The notes beneath the pieces are model-generated. The model was not told the origin of the DNA and made no database searches. It saw nothing but the letters and a program-made list of their open reading frames with translations. Positions 1 to 12,510 of a stretch of DNA of 64,000 nt are shown here, in pieces; the stretch's first letter is position 1, and each line of letters starts with the position of its first letter. Position numbers and translations under genes: made by a program. Source of the stretch: Felis catus (lineage: Eukaryota); the NCBI RefSeq assembly GCF_018350175.1, contig NC_058368.1, positions 234,486,001 through 234,550,000 on the forward strand, given 5' to 3'.

Positions 1-2203
1 CATCCCCACCCCGTAAATGCTCACTGTGTTCTGGGCTGCTTGAGGATCCAGGTACAGAGTCGGCATGGAGCCACCAGGAAGCTGTCAGCAGCTTCCTCCG
101 GAAATGTTTGGGTTTTGTCTTTCTGGCTCCGGGAAGTGGCATCGTGTTCCTGGGGGCTCGTGTGCGCGTGGTCCAGAGCCTGTGCTCTGTAAACACTCGC
201 TGTTGGGGGAAGTCCCAGCTGACATGCAGTGAGCTTCCTTCCAGCCACCGAACTGCCCCTTGCCAAGTTCTCTGCTCTTGGCCAACACACTCTGACCCTC
301 TTTAAGCAGTGCGGGGTGACCGACTTTTTGTGGAGAAGCACTGACCCGCTTGGCGTCGGGGGGTCTTGTCCGCAGCGATTCTGCCCATCTCCTTCCTTCG
401 TGTTGCTGCTTTTCTCCCATGCCTCAGTCTAACTTCTGTCCTTGGCTGAAGTTATTCAGTGATCAATTATTGAAGCAACCTGTCCGTGCTCAAACACCGG
501 GTCTGTGAGCAAACAGTTTTATGTTGCTCAAAGAGAGAGCCTGGCAGAAAATACTGTATTAATGAGCAAGCTGAACAGATTCACGGAAGTATTTAGTATG
601 TGTAGCCTTGAGGGCATGCATGGCAAATGGACTTTTTAAAATTTAAAGACCCCTTAAATGATCCAGCTGCCTTCTGCCCAGGCACACGAGGTGGGTGATG
701 CCTACTGGTATCTCTCAAAAGAGATTCAAAGGGACAAAAGAGAGGACTGAGGTTTTGCTAAAAAGTACGACTTGTTTGTGTTTAAGTGGGGTAGCTCAGC
801 GCGCTTGCTCTAAGACGGCCAGGGGATGAGCTGTTACTACAATTCCAGAATCCCTTCCTGGCTGGCTATTTGTTGTACTTACTATCGCTGAATGTCTCAT
901 CCTCCTAAAGTGAAAACAGCGGTTTTATTTATTCACGCTATTGCCCCTCTCTTCCCCTTCCTTCAGGGGCTTGGCTGGGCTCTGCAGGGTGGTTTTTGGG
1001 GGATGTTGCGTGACTGCACTCGGGGGGCGATTGGGGCGGGTGTCTACTAGCTGGTGGTCGATGCCAGCTTGGATCTCGGGGGTTGGGGGCGGGCTGTCGG
1101 CCAGAACACTTCCCTGCGGCCCCTCCAGGTGGCCCAGGCTTCCCCCAGCATGGCGGCTGGGTAGGACTAAGTCCCAAGACACGGAATTGAGAAGCTTCTC
1201 TTCTCGGGCCCTGGGCTGGACAGAAGCGGCACCAGGGGTCATGCTGGGCTCCAGGGTGTGAACACACAGAGGAGGACCCATTTGCACAGGGGCTTGAGTT
1301 GGGGAAGGGTTTCAGAGGGAAGGGGCAGACAGCGGGGACAGGGGGACGCCTTCCATCGGCTGAGTGCCCTGAATGCTGGCGCTGGGGTCGGGAAGCACGA
1401 GCAAAGCCGGAAATGGAGCTGGCTTCTGTCCCCCATCCTCTCCCTTCCCACATCTGGGGACGGTGCCTCCTGGCCGGGCCAGCCATGGTGCAACAGAGCT
1501 GGTCCACGTGGCTGGCAGCTGGCAGCAGGGGCTGACCCTTGCAGAGAGATCCCATGGCAGGAGGGCGGGGGGGGGGGGCTGCCATGGCTCAGCCTGGGCG
1601 GGGGTCAGCTGCAGCCCCAACTCTCCCTCTCGAGGCTGGCTCGCAGGTGCCTTCCTCCTGGCATCTGCACCCCACACGGGGAGTCTGGAGGCCCCCAGAT
1701 CAACATTGAAAATGGTCAATTAGATCCAGGAGCCAAAGGGAAGGTAACAGACATTGGTGTTGGTGGCAGCGCAAGGACAGAAGGAGGGCGGGCTCCCAGG
1801 GCTCCCTTCCTCCCCAGGCTCAGGAGCTCAGGGGCTCAGGGGCTCACTGGCTGCCATGGCTCTTGGGAGCTCCAGGCAGGGGGAGGGGGAGACACTGGGG
1901 GAGAGGGAAGCAGGGCGGAGAAGTACAGGGGCGGGGTGCTGGGCGGAGTGGAGAGCAGGGCGCCAGCGAGGAGGTGAGTGCAGGCGCCTGAGCTGGGGAT
2001 TCAGACACCTGTGAGCACATCTGCCCGGGGGCTTCATCCAGACTGCAGTTCCCTCTGGGAAACCAATGCACCTGCTGCCCACCTGGGCAGGTTAGGGGGC
2101 AGCTCTCCGCAGGAGGCCCACCAGGCAAAGCCTCTGCCCCTCTGAGGCCTGGCCTGAGAGCTTTAGGATTTAGCCTGGGGCTGGATCCTCGGAGACTAAG
2201 CTC

Positions 2204-2283
2204 ACCCCATGAGGGGCCGAGGGGCCATAGCAGGTGGGAGGGGACCCCACGAGGGGCCGAGGGGCCGTAGCAGGTGGGAGGGG
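2204..2283. repeat. 40-bp tandem duplication
   Basis: accccaYgaggggccgaggggccRtagcaggtgggagggg twice, with 2 differences. Confidence 0.9.
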
Positions 2284-3837
2284 AGGGGCCTCAGCTCCGG
2301 GGTGGCACCTGGGAGGAAGGAGGGAGTGAGCAAGACCCCTGGGTCCCGCCCTCCTCTGGGATGGGGTCCACAGCCCCTCTGTCCCTGGGATGTTATTCGC
2401 CCTGTCCCCCCTAGAAGCCTCCCCCCTACCAGAGTATGCCGCCTTGCTCCTGCTGTCCGAAGTAGGCAAACAGCTTTCTTTCCCCACTTTGCAACCTGAG
2501 AACGTCGCCTGCACCCGCGGCCTGTCCTTCCCAGGCACGCCTTCTCCCCAACTGATGCAGGCTCCCCGGGGCCCCCGTTTTCTTCCAAGAGACCTTCTCC
2601 ACGTTTGGGTCAGCGTTCATTCCCCACTTTCTTCCCAACGGAAACCCAGATCCAGGTGAGGCAACGCTGTCTCTGGAAAAACACGAAGGATCCCAGAGCC
2701 GCTTGCCGCTGAGTCAGGAGGGATGCTCGCACCCCTGCCCAGCCCTGCAGAGAAGAGGCGGAGCCTGCTGGGTGCCACCACCACTGCCACCAGCTCCGAG
2801 CACCGTGGGGTCAGCGGGGGCAGAACACTCAGCTGGCAGGGGCCCCTCCCTCCCTGCGGACAGCCCCGTCCATCAAGCGGGGCACCCATCTTGGAGGTGG
2901 GGGGGTGATGGGGTCCCCGTAGCTGCTTGGTGGCGTGTCGGGTGGACCTGCCGAACCAAGGCACAATCCCCTGGGAACCCGGGCTTCCGGAGGCTTTGCT
3001 GGAGGGAAACCCTTACAGGTGAGCTCCTGCGTCAGGTACTCTGCAGAGTCCAGGACAGTGCCCGTGTCTTCTCTCCCAGGGACCCGGCACCCTCCGTCCA
3101 CGTGAGCACAGACCGGAGAGGTCAGACTCTAGACCCTGGACAGGTTTCGCATTGGCCAGAGCCCCTGGGGCCGGGAGGGAGGCTCCCCAAGGCTGAAGGT
3201 GAGAAACCATCATCCTGTGGCTTCGGGGGATTCAGACAGCTGGCGAGGCAAGCGTGGGGCCTTGTCCCCTCCCCGGTGCCCCTGGCTGCCCCCTTCTGCA
3301 CTTGGCGGCATTGGCACCGTGGCCCCACGGGGACGGGCCTCTTCCATCTCAGGACAGCCCCAGCGGGAAGCCGGATGCAGCTTCCCTGGGGCCTGCAGGG
3401 CAGGGGAGGGCAGAGAGGGCTCTGGCCAGAAGCCCCCATCCCCCTTCTGGGGCTGACCCACAATGTCCCAAGAAGGCAAGGCACAGAGAGCTACGCGATG
3501 AGCCCGGTTGCAGGCTGGCTTCTCAACCCGCTAAGCTGGTGAGGGGCACTGTTACCCTGGGTGGCCGATCGGTGAGTCAGGGGAGTAAGTCACAGCCAGG
3601 ACAGCTGTCCCTGCGGTCAGGGCTGCCTGCTGCGGCTCAGGGGGGCACGCGGGGGTCCCGCAGGCCCCAGGCAGCGTCCTCCCGGCTCCCTGTCCTCTCT
3701 CCTGCTCCCCCCCAGGATGAAGAGCCGCTGGACCGGCTCTGGAAAGATCCACAGTGTTTTTGTTGGTTGGCAATCTGGTTTTCATTTCTCTTCTCTAATC
3801 TCCACACGAAAGAATTATTTTTGTTGGTTTTGTTTCC

Positions 3838-4930
3838 AGTTTTATTGAAATATAATTGGCATCTAACGTTGTATGAGCCCAAGCTGTACAATATAATGAT
3901 TTGCTGTTTGTGTATATGGTCACGTGATCTCCCCCAAAAGTTGAGTTAACATCTGTCAGCACGCACAGTTATGCAATTTTTTTTCACCGATTTACAAATA
4001 GCTAACTAGTCACCAGGCTGATCATTATATCCCCAGGACTTATTTATCTTATAACTGGAAGTTTGTGCTTTGACCCACCCCCCCTCCCTCCTCCCCCCAC
4101 CCCCAACTCTAGCAACCACCAATGTTTCCCTGGATCTATGAACTCATTTTTTTTGTTGTTGTTTGTTTGTTTGTTTTGTTTTGTTAGATTCCACATATAA
4201 GTGAGATCACAGTATTTGTCTTTCTCTGTCTACTTATGTCACTTTGCATAATGCCCTCAGGGTCCATCCATGTTGTCACCAGTGGCAAGATTTCCTTCCT
4301 TCCTTCCTTCCTTCCTTCCTTCCTTCCTTCCTTCCTTCCTTCCTTTCTCGTCTTTTCTTTCCTTTCTTTCTTTCTTACGTTTATTTATTTTTGAGGGAGA
4401 GACAGAGTGTGAGCGAGGGAGGAGCAGAGCAGAAAGAGAGGGAGACACAGAATGCGAAGCAGGCTCCAGGCTCTGAGCTGTCAGCGCAGAGCCTGATGTG
4501 GGGCTCGAACTCATGAACTGTGAGATTATGATCTAAGCTGAAGTCAGATGCTTGACCTGAACTACCCAGGCCCCGGATTTCTTTCTTTCCTATGGCTGAA
4601 TGGCTTTATCCATTCGCCCATCCATCCATCCATCCATCTATCCACCCATCTGTCCATACATCCACCTGTCCATCCATCCATGGGACTTAGGTTGTTTTAC
4701 GTCTTGGCTATTGTGAATAGCTCTGTGGCCATGGGGTCTCAGATATCTTTTCAAATTAGTGTTTCCTGTGCATAAGTACCCGGAAGTGGGAGGGAGTGCC
4801 AGGTCAAGTGCTATTTCTGTTTGTGATGTTTTCAGGACCCCCCACACCCCGCGCTGTTCCCCGGGGTGGCCGCAGCAGTTTGCGAGCCCACCAACAGTTC
4901 GGGTCCCTTTCCGCCACATCCTTGCTTCCA
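3838..4930 (-). mobile_element. Old L1 3' end (L1MA/L1_Carn-like), interrupted by a SINE and simple repeats
   Basis: Typical antisense L1 3' motifs: tttattgaaatataattg..., ttagattccacatataagtgagatc, ggtccatccatgttgtc, ttggctattgtgaatag. Confidence 0.75.
4291..4574 (-). mobile_element. CAN-SINE (SINEC_Fc-like) with a (GAAG)n tail
   Basis: SINE body (caggctccaggctctgagctgtcagc...) next to a (CTTC)n tract at 4291-4345. Confidence 0.9.
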
Positions 4931-6087
4931 TCCTTTCCTGTGTCTGCTTCTTTCTTTGTTTCCGTTCGTCACGCTGGGAATAGATGGGCAGCTGGCCTGC
5001 AGGCGAGGCCTCGAGTAGACGCCGTCTGCATGCCCCGCCTGTGATGCGATGCGTGAGGAGAAAACAAGGTGAGGACAAGGGTGCCTGCTTCTCTGGTTCC
5101 TGCAGTGTTGCTGTCCACAGCGAGGCGTCCCGGAGGTCGTGCTTACTGCCTGGTTCTTCCACTCCCGTAGTGTCAAAGGGGGCGGTACAGAAATGACAAG
5201 ATAACAGCTGGAGAAAGCCACATGCGGACCTACTGTGATAAGAAAGGAAAAAGTGTGATTGGGGAAATGTTGGGGAAAAATCCCCTGCCTGCTCCAAGTG
5301 TCCGGTTTTGAATACAACTTTTCTGGGCTTTCCTCTGCTGCTCTTCTGCAAAATGGATCATCAGAGGTGGCCGGCCGTAGCCTTGACAGAGGCATTTTAT
5401 CAGCCCTCAGCCCATTTCAGACACTTGGCAGGTAGAAATGCTTCACGGTAACTTTTTTTTTTTATTGCAATCACAGCACAAACGAGTCCCTGAAAGATCT
5501 GTTCTGTGACCTCCGCTGGTGGTGAGGAGGACGGGCTGGAAGACGGGATGGCTTGTTCCAGGTTGGGGGGCGAGCGGTGGCCGCGGTGACGAGGGCTTCG
5601 CTACCCTCAGGCGTCTAAATCTACCTGTCACTTTCAAAACACTTTCCTGCCCAAGCCTTGAGAACATCTCAGGCTAACGGGGAGCCGGTGAGATCCGTGC
5701 ACTGGGTGAGGATGGATGTCTTCTCTCATCTAGCTCTCGAAATGCCGAAATTCTGTGGCTGAAGGCTCAGCCTCACCTCTGCCTTCCCGCAGGTTCGTGA
5801 TCGTGTGTATCCGGGCCATGGGCTGACGAGCTCCCCGTTTCCCGCCCTGGCTCTTCCGCTTTCTCCTCTGACTGTCACTGAACGCAGAGGGCTCGCAGCT
5901 TGGGGTGCCTCGCCCGGAAGATCAGCCCGCGTCTTCTTGCTTTGAGCAAATGGTTTTTATTATGTGCGACAACTGAGGAGCCAGCGAGGAGGTGGCTCCC
6001 AAAGCACTGCCTCCCCTTGGGGTTGGTGCCGGAAGCCTGTTCAGTACCCCTGGAAGCATGCATGTGCCTTGGGGTATTACACATCTT

Positions 6088-6773
6088 TTTAAAACTTTGT
6101 TTATTTAACTTCAAGTTAGTTTCAGGAGGAGATCCCAGTGATTCATCTCTTACATACAGCACCCAGTGCCCATTCCAGCAAGTGCCCTCCTCAACGCCCA
6201 GCCCCCATCTAGCCCAGCCCCCTCACCCGCCTCCCCTCCAGGAACCCTCAGATTGTATTCTGTATTTAAGAGCCTCTTATGGTCTGCCTCCCTCTTTGTT
6301 TTTATCTTATTTCTCCTCCCCTTCCCCTACATTCACCTGCTGTGTTTCTTAAATTCTACACATGAATGAAATTATATTTGTCTTTCTCTGCCTGATTTAT
6401 TTCGCTGAGCCTAATACCCTCTATTCCATCCACGTCGTTGCAAATGGCAAGATTTCGTTCCTTTGAATCACCGAGTAGTATTCCATTGTGGATATAAACC
6501 ACATCTTCTTTATCCATTCCTCCATCGATGGACATTTGGGCTCTTTCCATACTTTGGCTATTGTCAATAGTGCTGCTATAAACATTGGGGTGCATGTGTC
6601 CCTTCGAAACAGCACACCTGTATCCCTTGGATAAATACCTAGTAGTGCCATTGCCGGGTCGTAGGGTAGTTCTGTTTTTAACTTCCTGAGGAGCCTCCAT
6701 CCTGTTTTCCAGAGTGGCTGCCCCAGTTGGCATTCCCACAACAGGAAAAAGGGTTCCCCTTTCTCCGTATCCT
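6088..6773 (-). mobile_element. 5'-truncated carnivore L1 (ORF2 C-terminus plus 3'UTR)
   Basis: ORF 6421-6741 (ELPYDPAMALLGIYP...PMFIAALLTIAKVWKEPKCPS...WIKKMW) is L1 ORF2. Flanking repeat cacatctt at 6080-6087 and 6774-6781 is a candidate TSD. Confidence 0.93.
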
Positions 6774-7349
6774 CACATCTTCTATTTGTGTCCTATTACT
6801 TAGGCACCTGCGTTAAATGTCCGCATGTGGTGCCTGCGTCCTGTGTTCAAACACTGGCAGGAAACTGTGTCCACAGGAGGAGATCTGGGTATTATCATGA
6901 GCTACAGGTAAGTTCAGGACAACTCGGGGGGCTTCTGCACAGGTGCCCAGCTCCAAACCTGCTCAGACTGGCTCACGAAAGGGGCCACCAGGGGAAACAC
7001 CTAGCTGGGGAGGAGGGGTGTCTCCCGGGCTGGAACTACTGTTCCTGCAAAACAGAATGCATCCCTTCCCTGCTTTGGGGCCCTCCCCCCTCCTCCTCCC
7101 TCCGTGGGTAGCTTCCTACCTCTGGTTTGAGCAACTCCCGGTTGTAACATTACCCCCCGCGCCTTATTTACTTTGGAGCCCAGCAGGCTACAGGCCCAAA
7201 GGGAACTGGAGGAGACTGGAGACAAGAACAGGGCAGAGTCCCGTAACCCCAAGGCTGTGCCTACAGCCCGTGGGATCCCCTTCCACCCTCGTCACCTCCC
7301 ATGTACAGTTTTTCACAGGATTCTGCCAATGCTTCCACTGAAATGACTT

Positions 7350-7572
7350 TTTAAAAAAATTTTTTTGAAACGTTTATTTATTTTTGAGACAGAGAGAGAC
7401 ACAGCATGAATGGGGGAGAGTCAGAGAGAGAGAGGGAGACACAGAATTGGAAACAGGCTCCAGGCTCCGAGCTGTCAGCACAGAGCCCGACGCGGGGCTC
7501 GAACTCACGAACCACAAGATCGTGACCTGAGCCGAAGTCGGACACTTAACCAACCGAGCCACCTAGGCGCCC
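7350..7572 (-). mobile_element. CAN-SINE
   Basis: Full SINE body; flanking atgacttttt is a candidate TSD. Confidence 0.93.
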
Positions 7573-7579
7573 ATGACTT

Positions 7580-8160
7580 TTTTTTTTTTTTTTTACAACA
7601 GCCTCTTTCAGATATAATTCACATACCAGACGTCCACCATTTAACATGTAAAGCTCACTAGTTTTAGTGTATTCAGGTATGTGCCCCCACAATCAATTCT
7701 AGACGATTTCATCACCTCCCAGAGAAACCCTAAAGCTTTTAGCTCTCACCTTCCTGCCCCCACATTCCTCTGCCCGGAGCAACTGCTAATCCTTTTTGTC
7801 CCCGTGGATTCCCCTGTTCTGGGCATTTCACATAAAGGGAATCACATAATGTTTGTCTAAGCGCTTAGCGTAAAGTTTTCAAGGTTCCCCCACGTAGTAG
7901 AAGGAATCGGACCTCATTCCTTCTTATGGACAGATGCTGTCTCATCGTGTGGAGAGACCACATTCTGTGTGCGCGGGTTTTGGTGGGGACATAGTTTCTC
8001 AGTCCTCCGGGCACACACCCAGCTGTGGAGTTGCAGGGTCATAAAGCAACACCAGGTTTGACAGTCCCAAGAGGTACCAGTCGGTTTCCCAAAGTGGCTG
8101 CTCGATTTCCACCCCCACCAGCAGCGTGTGAGGGTTCCAGTTTCTGGAGGAAATGACTTT
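7580..8160 (-). mobile_element. Old L1M (MB/MC/ME-type) 3' fragment
   Basis: gatataattcacatacca..., ttcatcacctcccagagaaaccc, tttcccaaagtggctg, ccaccagcagcgtgtgagggttccagtttct. Confidence 0.7.
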
Positions 8161-8389
8161 TATTCGCATCCGGGACTCACTCCCAGTGCCCATGTCTGCG
8201 TCAAGGTCTTCCAGCCTCATATGCAGATGATTGCTGGAGCCACCTTGCTGTCCTGGACTCCGCATGGTTCCCCCCCGGCCATGACACCCGCTGGCCCGCC
8301 GTCCTGCCGCCCCACATTCCATCATTGGACCCCACGGGGTAAGACGGTGACCTACCAATCGTAGGCTCCATAATCTAGACCAGCTTGGC

Positions 8390-8992
8390 CAAGGTCCTTC
8401 CAAACCTTCCCCTCCCAGCCTGCCTCTTCCCCGGCATGAACCTTCACTTCTAGCCCCCTCCCCTTCACACCTACAGTGTCATACCTGTTGAGGGATCCCA
8501 CCCCTGGGACTAGAAATTCCCAGCGTCTGGGAAGCTCCTTTGTTTCTTCTCCCGATCTCAACACCTGCCCCGCCCCAAAGCAATCATTCTCTTTGCTCTA
8601 ACCATGTGAAGTATGCTGTCTTTACACTGTGTCTTCTGCTGTCCTCTGTCCTTGGCCACTAACCTGACTGATGGACGTGTCACCCACTTCTCTATCAAAG
8701 GCCAGTTCTCTCTCTGTTCCAGCCCACACCGCCCTCGTCCGTGAGACTTCACGAAACTGCCCACCGTGATCCTGCTCTCCCTCGAAATTTCTACCCCACC
8801 ATCGCACCCTTAATTACGTGCCTCTAATACGCACAAAATCTTACGGTGCTAAAATAGTTTTTGGTCTCCTGCATACGATGGGGAGGGACCCCCTTGCAGG
8901 TAGAGACTGCATCTTATAGAAACCTTTCTCCTGTCACGGTGGCAAAAAGCGAATGTAGTAAGTCTGCAATGAATATTTATTGAGTTGAATTT
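8390..8992 (+). mobile_element. Degenerate L2 fragment
   Basis: Pyrimidine-rich L2-like body ending in aatgaatatttattgagttgaat. Confidence 0.4.
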
Positions 8993-10644
8993 CACTGAAA
9001 TTACTAAATGTCCTACGTAAGAGCCCCAGAGAGAGGGCAGCGGAAGCTAATAAAATGGCTGGTAACTGATTTGGAAGAAATTCTAGGATGGGAATGACTG
9101 CATATTGGTGTGGGAAGGGGCTCAGATCTGAGTTTAACCCTCTTGTGTTCCGGGTAGGCTGAGCCCCGGCTTGGCGTCGGGCTTAGTCCAGGTTGCACAG
9201 CTGGGAATCGCAGCTCACTCACTGCCTTCTCCCCGGCAGGCACTCTGGAAGCCGTGCTGACCCCCGGCCTGGGAGCCAGGACCCTCTCCATCCGTGTGTC
9301 CTGCTCGCCTTTGTACCCACGACCCCTCCAGCAGCGGCAGGGCCAAATACACATTTGTGGGCTACCGCGCAAGCTCAAGAAGTTAATCCAGGGGAAGAGC
9401 TTCAGCAGTACTTGGCACCTGGTGTGCACCTGTTGAATGTGAGCTCGGACGGTGGGAGCCCCTGGTCCCTTCTCTGCACTCTCTGCTTCCCTTCCTCTTC
9501 CTGCCAAGAAGCCAAATCCATGTGGTGGTGGGTACAGCGTTGCGGTTGGCTTTCTTCACCGTCTACCTGATGCTCCGTGCTGCTGAGATCCACGAGGTTT
9601 TGGGGCATTCATCCCTCCGCTGTGGAGGGGGGCTTTTTGCAGAGGCTCCATGGCCCATGGGGACAAGATTTCAGTTGCCTTGGTGCCTCTTAGGGCGTGG
9701 TCACACGCTGAGAGCAGAGGCCATGGGGGTTAATGAGGAAGGAAGCTGGTGGGCCACTGCCCAATGGAGTGGCTTTTATAAAGTCCCCTCGTCCCTGCGA
9801 CAGCAGGATGTACAAATTGTGTGGAGGAGTGCAGGGCCAAGAGTCAGGGCCAGAGACCCCAGTCCAGCTGCCCACTGGCAAGTCCTTGCCCTGCCCAAGC
9901 CCTGCTTTCTCCATCTGCACAATGGCCGGTGTTGGAGGCACATGTTAGAGCCCCTTTGGGAGCCTTTCAAACATACCTCGCCCCAGAGAGCCTTCCCTGA
10001 TGGGCCTGGACAATGTCTGGAAATAAAGTCTCCCCTGTGCAGCCAGAGTCAAGAACCACAGGCCAGATGAGTCTGAGGGCTTTTCCAACTACACAGCTAG
10101 ACACTGTTTTATCTGGAAAAATAAACAGGTTCCCCAAAGAGCTGATCTTGTCTGGCAAGGGAGAAACATCAACAAACTTATTTATTCAACAAATATTTGT
10201 CAGCCGTGTCCTGTGTGCAGAGCCCTGGGCTGGGTGCTGGTGCTGGGAAGCCGGAGGTGACAGCTCGTGTTTATCCAGGGCTTTCTGAGTGCTGAGGGTT
10301 CTGCTAAGCACATCAGGGTATCGGTTCGTCTCTCCTCCGCAGTGCTGGCAGAGGAGCACTGGTCCCTCCCCATCACCACCTCCCCGAGGGAGCATGTCCC
10401 TGCCGGAGAGTGGGAATCGCACAGAATTATAGGCCAGTTCTGTGTGGGCATATGGGTGTAACCACCACGTCAGCAGCCTCGGGTTACCTGAGCATCTATC
10501 TCTTTCCCTGACAAACATTTACAGTTTAGTATAAAGAAAAATATGATTCCAGAAGAGTTACGCAAATCTGCAGGGTGTGGAGCTTTCATTTTCCTAAGAC
10601 CTGAACGCTCCAATTTCCCTTATCATCCTGCAAGAAGGACAGTG

Positions 10645-10884
10645 TGATGGAGCTTAAGCAGTCTGGCAGAGAGCCATTGAACCCTCCCTTCTTCCACCTT
10701 TTTGTTTTATTCAGGCCCTCAAAGAATGGGATGATGCCCATCCACTTTGGGAAGGGCAAATTCTACAGATTCAAGTACTTTTTTCTTCTGGAAAGGCATC
10801 AATAGGCACATCTAGAAATAAGACTCAAGCAGGTCTGGGTATCCCATAATGTAGTCAAGTTGACCACAAAATTAACTATCACAC
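10645..10884 (-). mobile_element. MLT2 (ERVL) LTR fragment
   Basis: ttcaggccctc...gatgatgcccatccac...gtcaagttgaccacaaaattaactatcaca terminus. Confidence 0.7.
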
Positions 10885-11706
10885 CAACCATCCAATTATC
10901 CATCCATCCACCCATCTCTCCATCCATCCATCCATCCATCCATCCACCCACCCATCTCTTCATCCATCCATCCACTCATCTCTTCATCCATCCATCCACC
11001 CATCTCTTCATCCATCCATCCATCCATCCATTCATCCATCCATCCATTCACCCACCCACCCATCTCTTCATCCATCCATCCACTCATCTCTTCATCCATC
11101 CACCCACCCATCTCTTCATCCATCCATCCACTCATCTTTTCATCCATCCATCCACCCATCTCTTCATCCATCCATCCATCCATCCATCCATCCATCCATC
11201 CATCCATTCACCCACCCACCCATCTCTTCATCCATCCATCCACTCATCTCTTCATCCATCCATCCACCCATCTCTTCATCCATCCATCCATCCATCCATC
11301 CATTCACCCACCCACCCATCTCTTCATCCATCCATCCATCCATATATCCATCCATCCATCCATCCATCCATCCATCCATCCACCCATCTCTTCATCCACC
11401 CATCCATCCACCCATCCATCCACCCATCCATCCATACACCCACCCATCTCTTTATCCATCCATCCATCCATCCACTCATCTCTTCATCCATCCATCCATC
11501 CACCCATCTCTTCATCCATCCATCCATCCATCCATCCATCCATCCATCCACTCATCTCTTCATCCATCCACCCACCCATCTCTCCATCCATCCATCCATC
11601 CATCCATCCATTCATCCACCCATCTCTTCACCCATCCATCTATCCATCCACCCACCCATCTCTTCATCCACCCATCCACCCATCCACCCATCCATCCCAT
11701 CCCATC
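10885..11706. repeat. (CATC)n microsatellite array of about 820 bp with recurring CTCTT interruptions
   Basis: Directly visible. Confidence 0.97.
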
Positions 11707-11812
11707 CAACAACTTTGTACTGGACACCTGATATGTTGCAGACATTATGCCAGGTACTTGATAATAAACAGTGGTCATGACAGACCAAGTTACAACCTTC
11801 CTGACACTTAGA
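11707..11812 (-). mobile_element. L2 3' end fragment
   Basis: caacaactttgtactggacacctgatatgttgcagacattatgccagg resembles the L2 tail consensus caacaaatatttattgagcacctactatgtgccaggcactgtgctagg. Confidence 0.55.
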
Positions 11813-12055
11813 GAAAATGGTAGAAATGAACAGAGGTGAAGGATTATTATTCTTACTCCTTCCTGTTCAAGTGGTGTGTAGAATGAAGCCCAGAAAAAGT
11901 GTGTGGCCTTCAAGAAGTAGGAGATGATAAAGCTGGAGAGAATGTACATGTCCTGACTCCATGCCTGGTGCCCTCAGAAGTCAGTGTGAACTCTGCAGGT
12001 CCTAACTCAACCAAATTTCTTCTGAAGCCATGAAACAAAGAAATTGCTGATGCTC

Positions 12056-12510
12056 CATATTAGTCAGAGTTCTCCAGAGAAATAGATCCAATAGGGTGTG
12101 GATAGATAGATAGATAGCTGGATTTATCATAAGTAATTGACTCACATGATTACAGAGGCAGGCAAGCCCCAACATCTGCAGGGTGAGTCATCAAGCTGGA
12201 GACTCAGGAAGAACTAATGTTTCAGTTTGAGTGAAAGCCAGAGAAAGCTGATGTCCCAGTCCTAAGGCCCTCAAGCAGGAAAAATTCTCTCTTACTCAGG
12301 GGACGGTCGACCCTTGTGTTCTAGTCAGGCCTTCAACTGATTGAATGAGGCCCACCCACCATAGGCATGGTGATCTGCTTTACTCAGTGTACTGTCTCAA
12401 ATGTCAGTCCCAAGCACATGCCCTCATAGACACAGCCAGAGTAATGTCTGACGAGATGTTTGAGCACCCCATCGCCCAGCCAAGTTGACAGGTACAATTA
12501 GCTATCATCT
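12056..12510 (-). mobile_element. MLT2 (ERVL) solo LTR, near complete
   Basis: tattagtcagagttctccagagaaatag... through ...cccagccaagttgacaggtacaattagctatcat. Confidence 0.8.

Noticed and set aside
786..812. tRNA-Ala-like 5' sequence ggggtagctcagcgcgcttgct
   Set aside because: No complete D arm, T arm/B box or acceptor stem.
925..3949. Long overlapping ORFs of 200-280 aa on both strands
   Set aside because: Low-complexity Gly/Pro/Arg/Ala translations expected in GC-rich DNA; no recognisable domain.
6421..6741. 106-aa ORF as a host gene
   Set aside because: L1 ORF2 C-terminal remnant in a truncated element.
10860..11780. 306-aa His/Pro/Ser/Ile-rich ORF and the antisense MDGW-repeat ORFs
   Set aside because: Translation of the (CATC)n microsatellite, which lacks stop codons.
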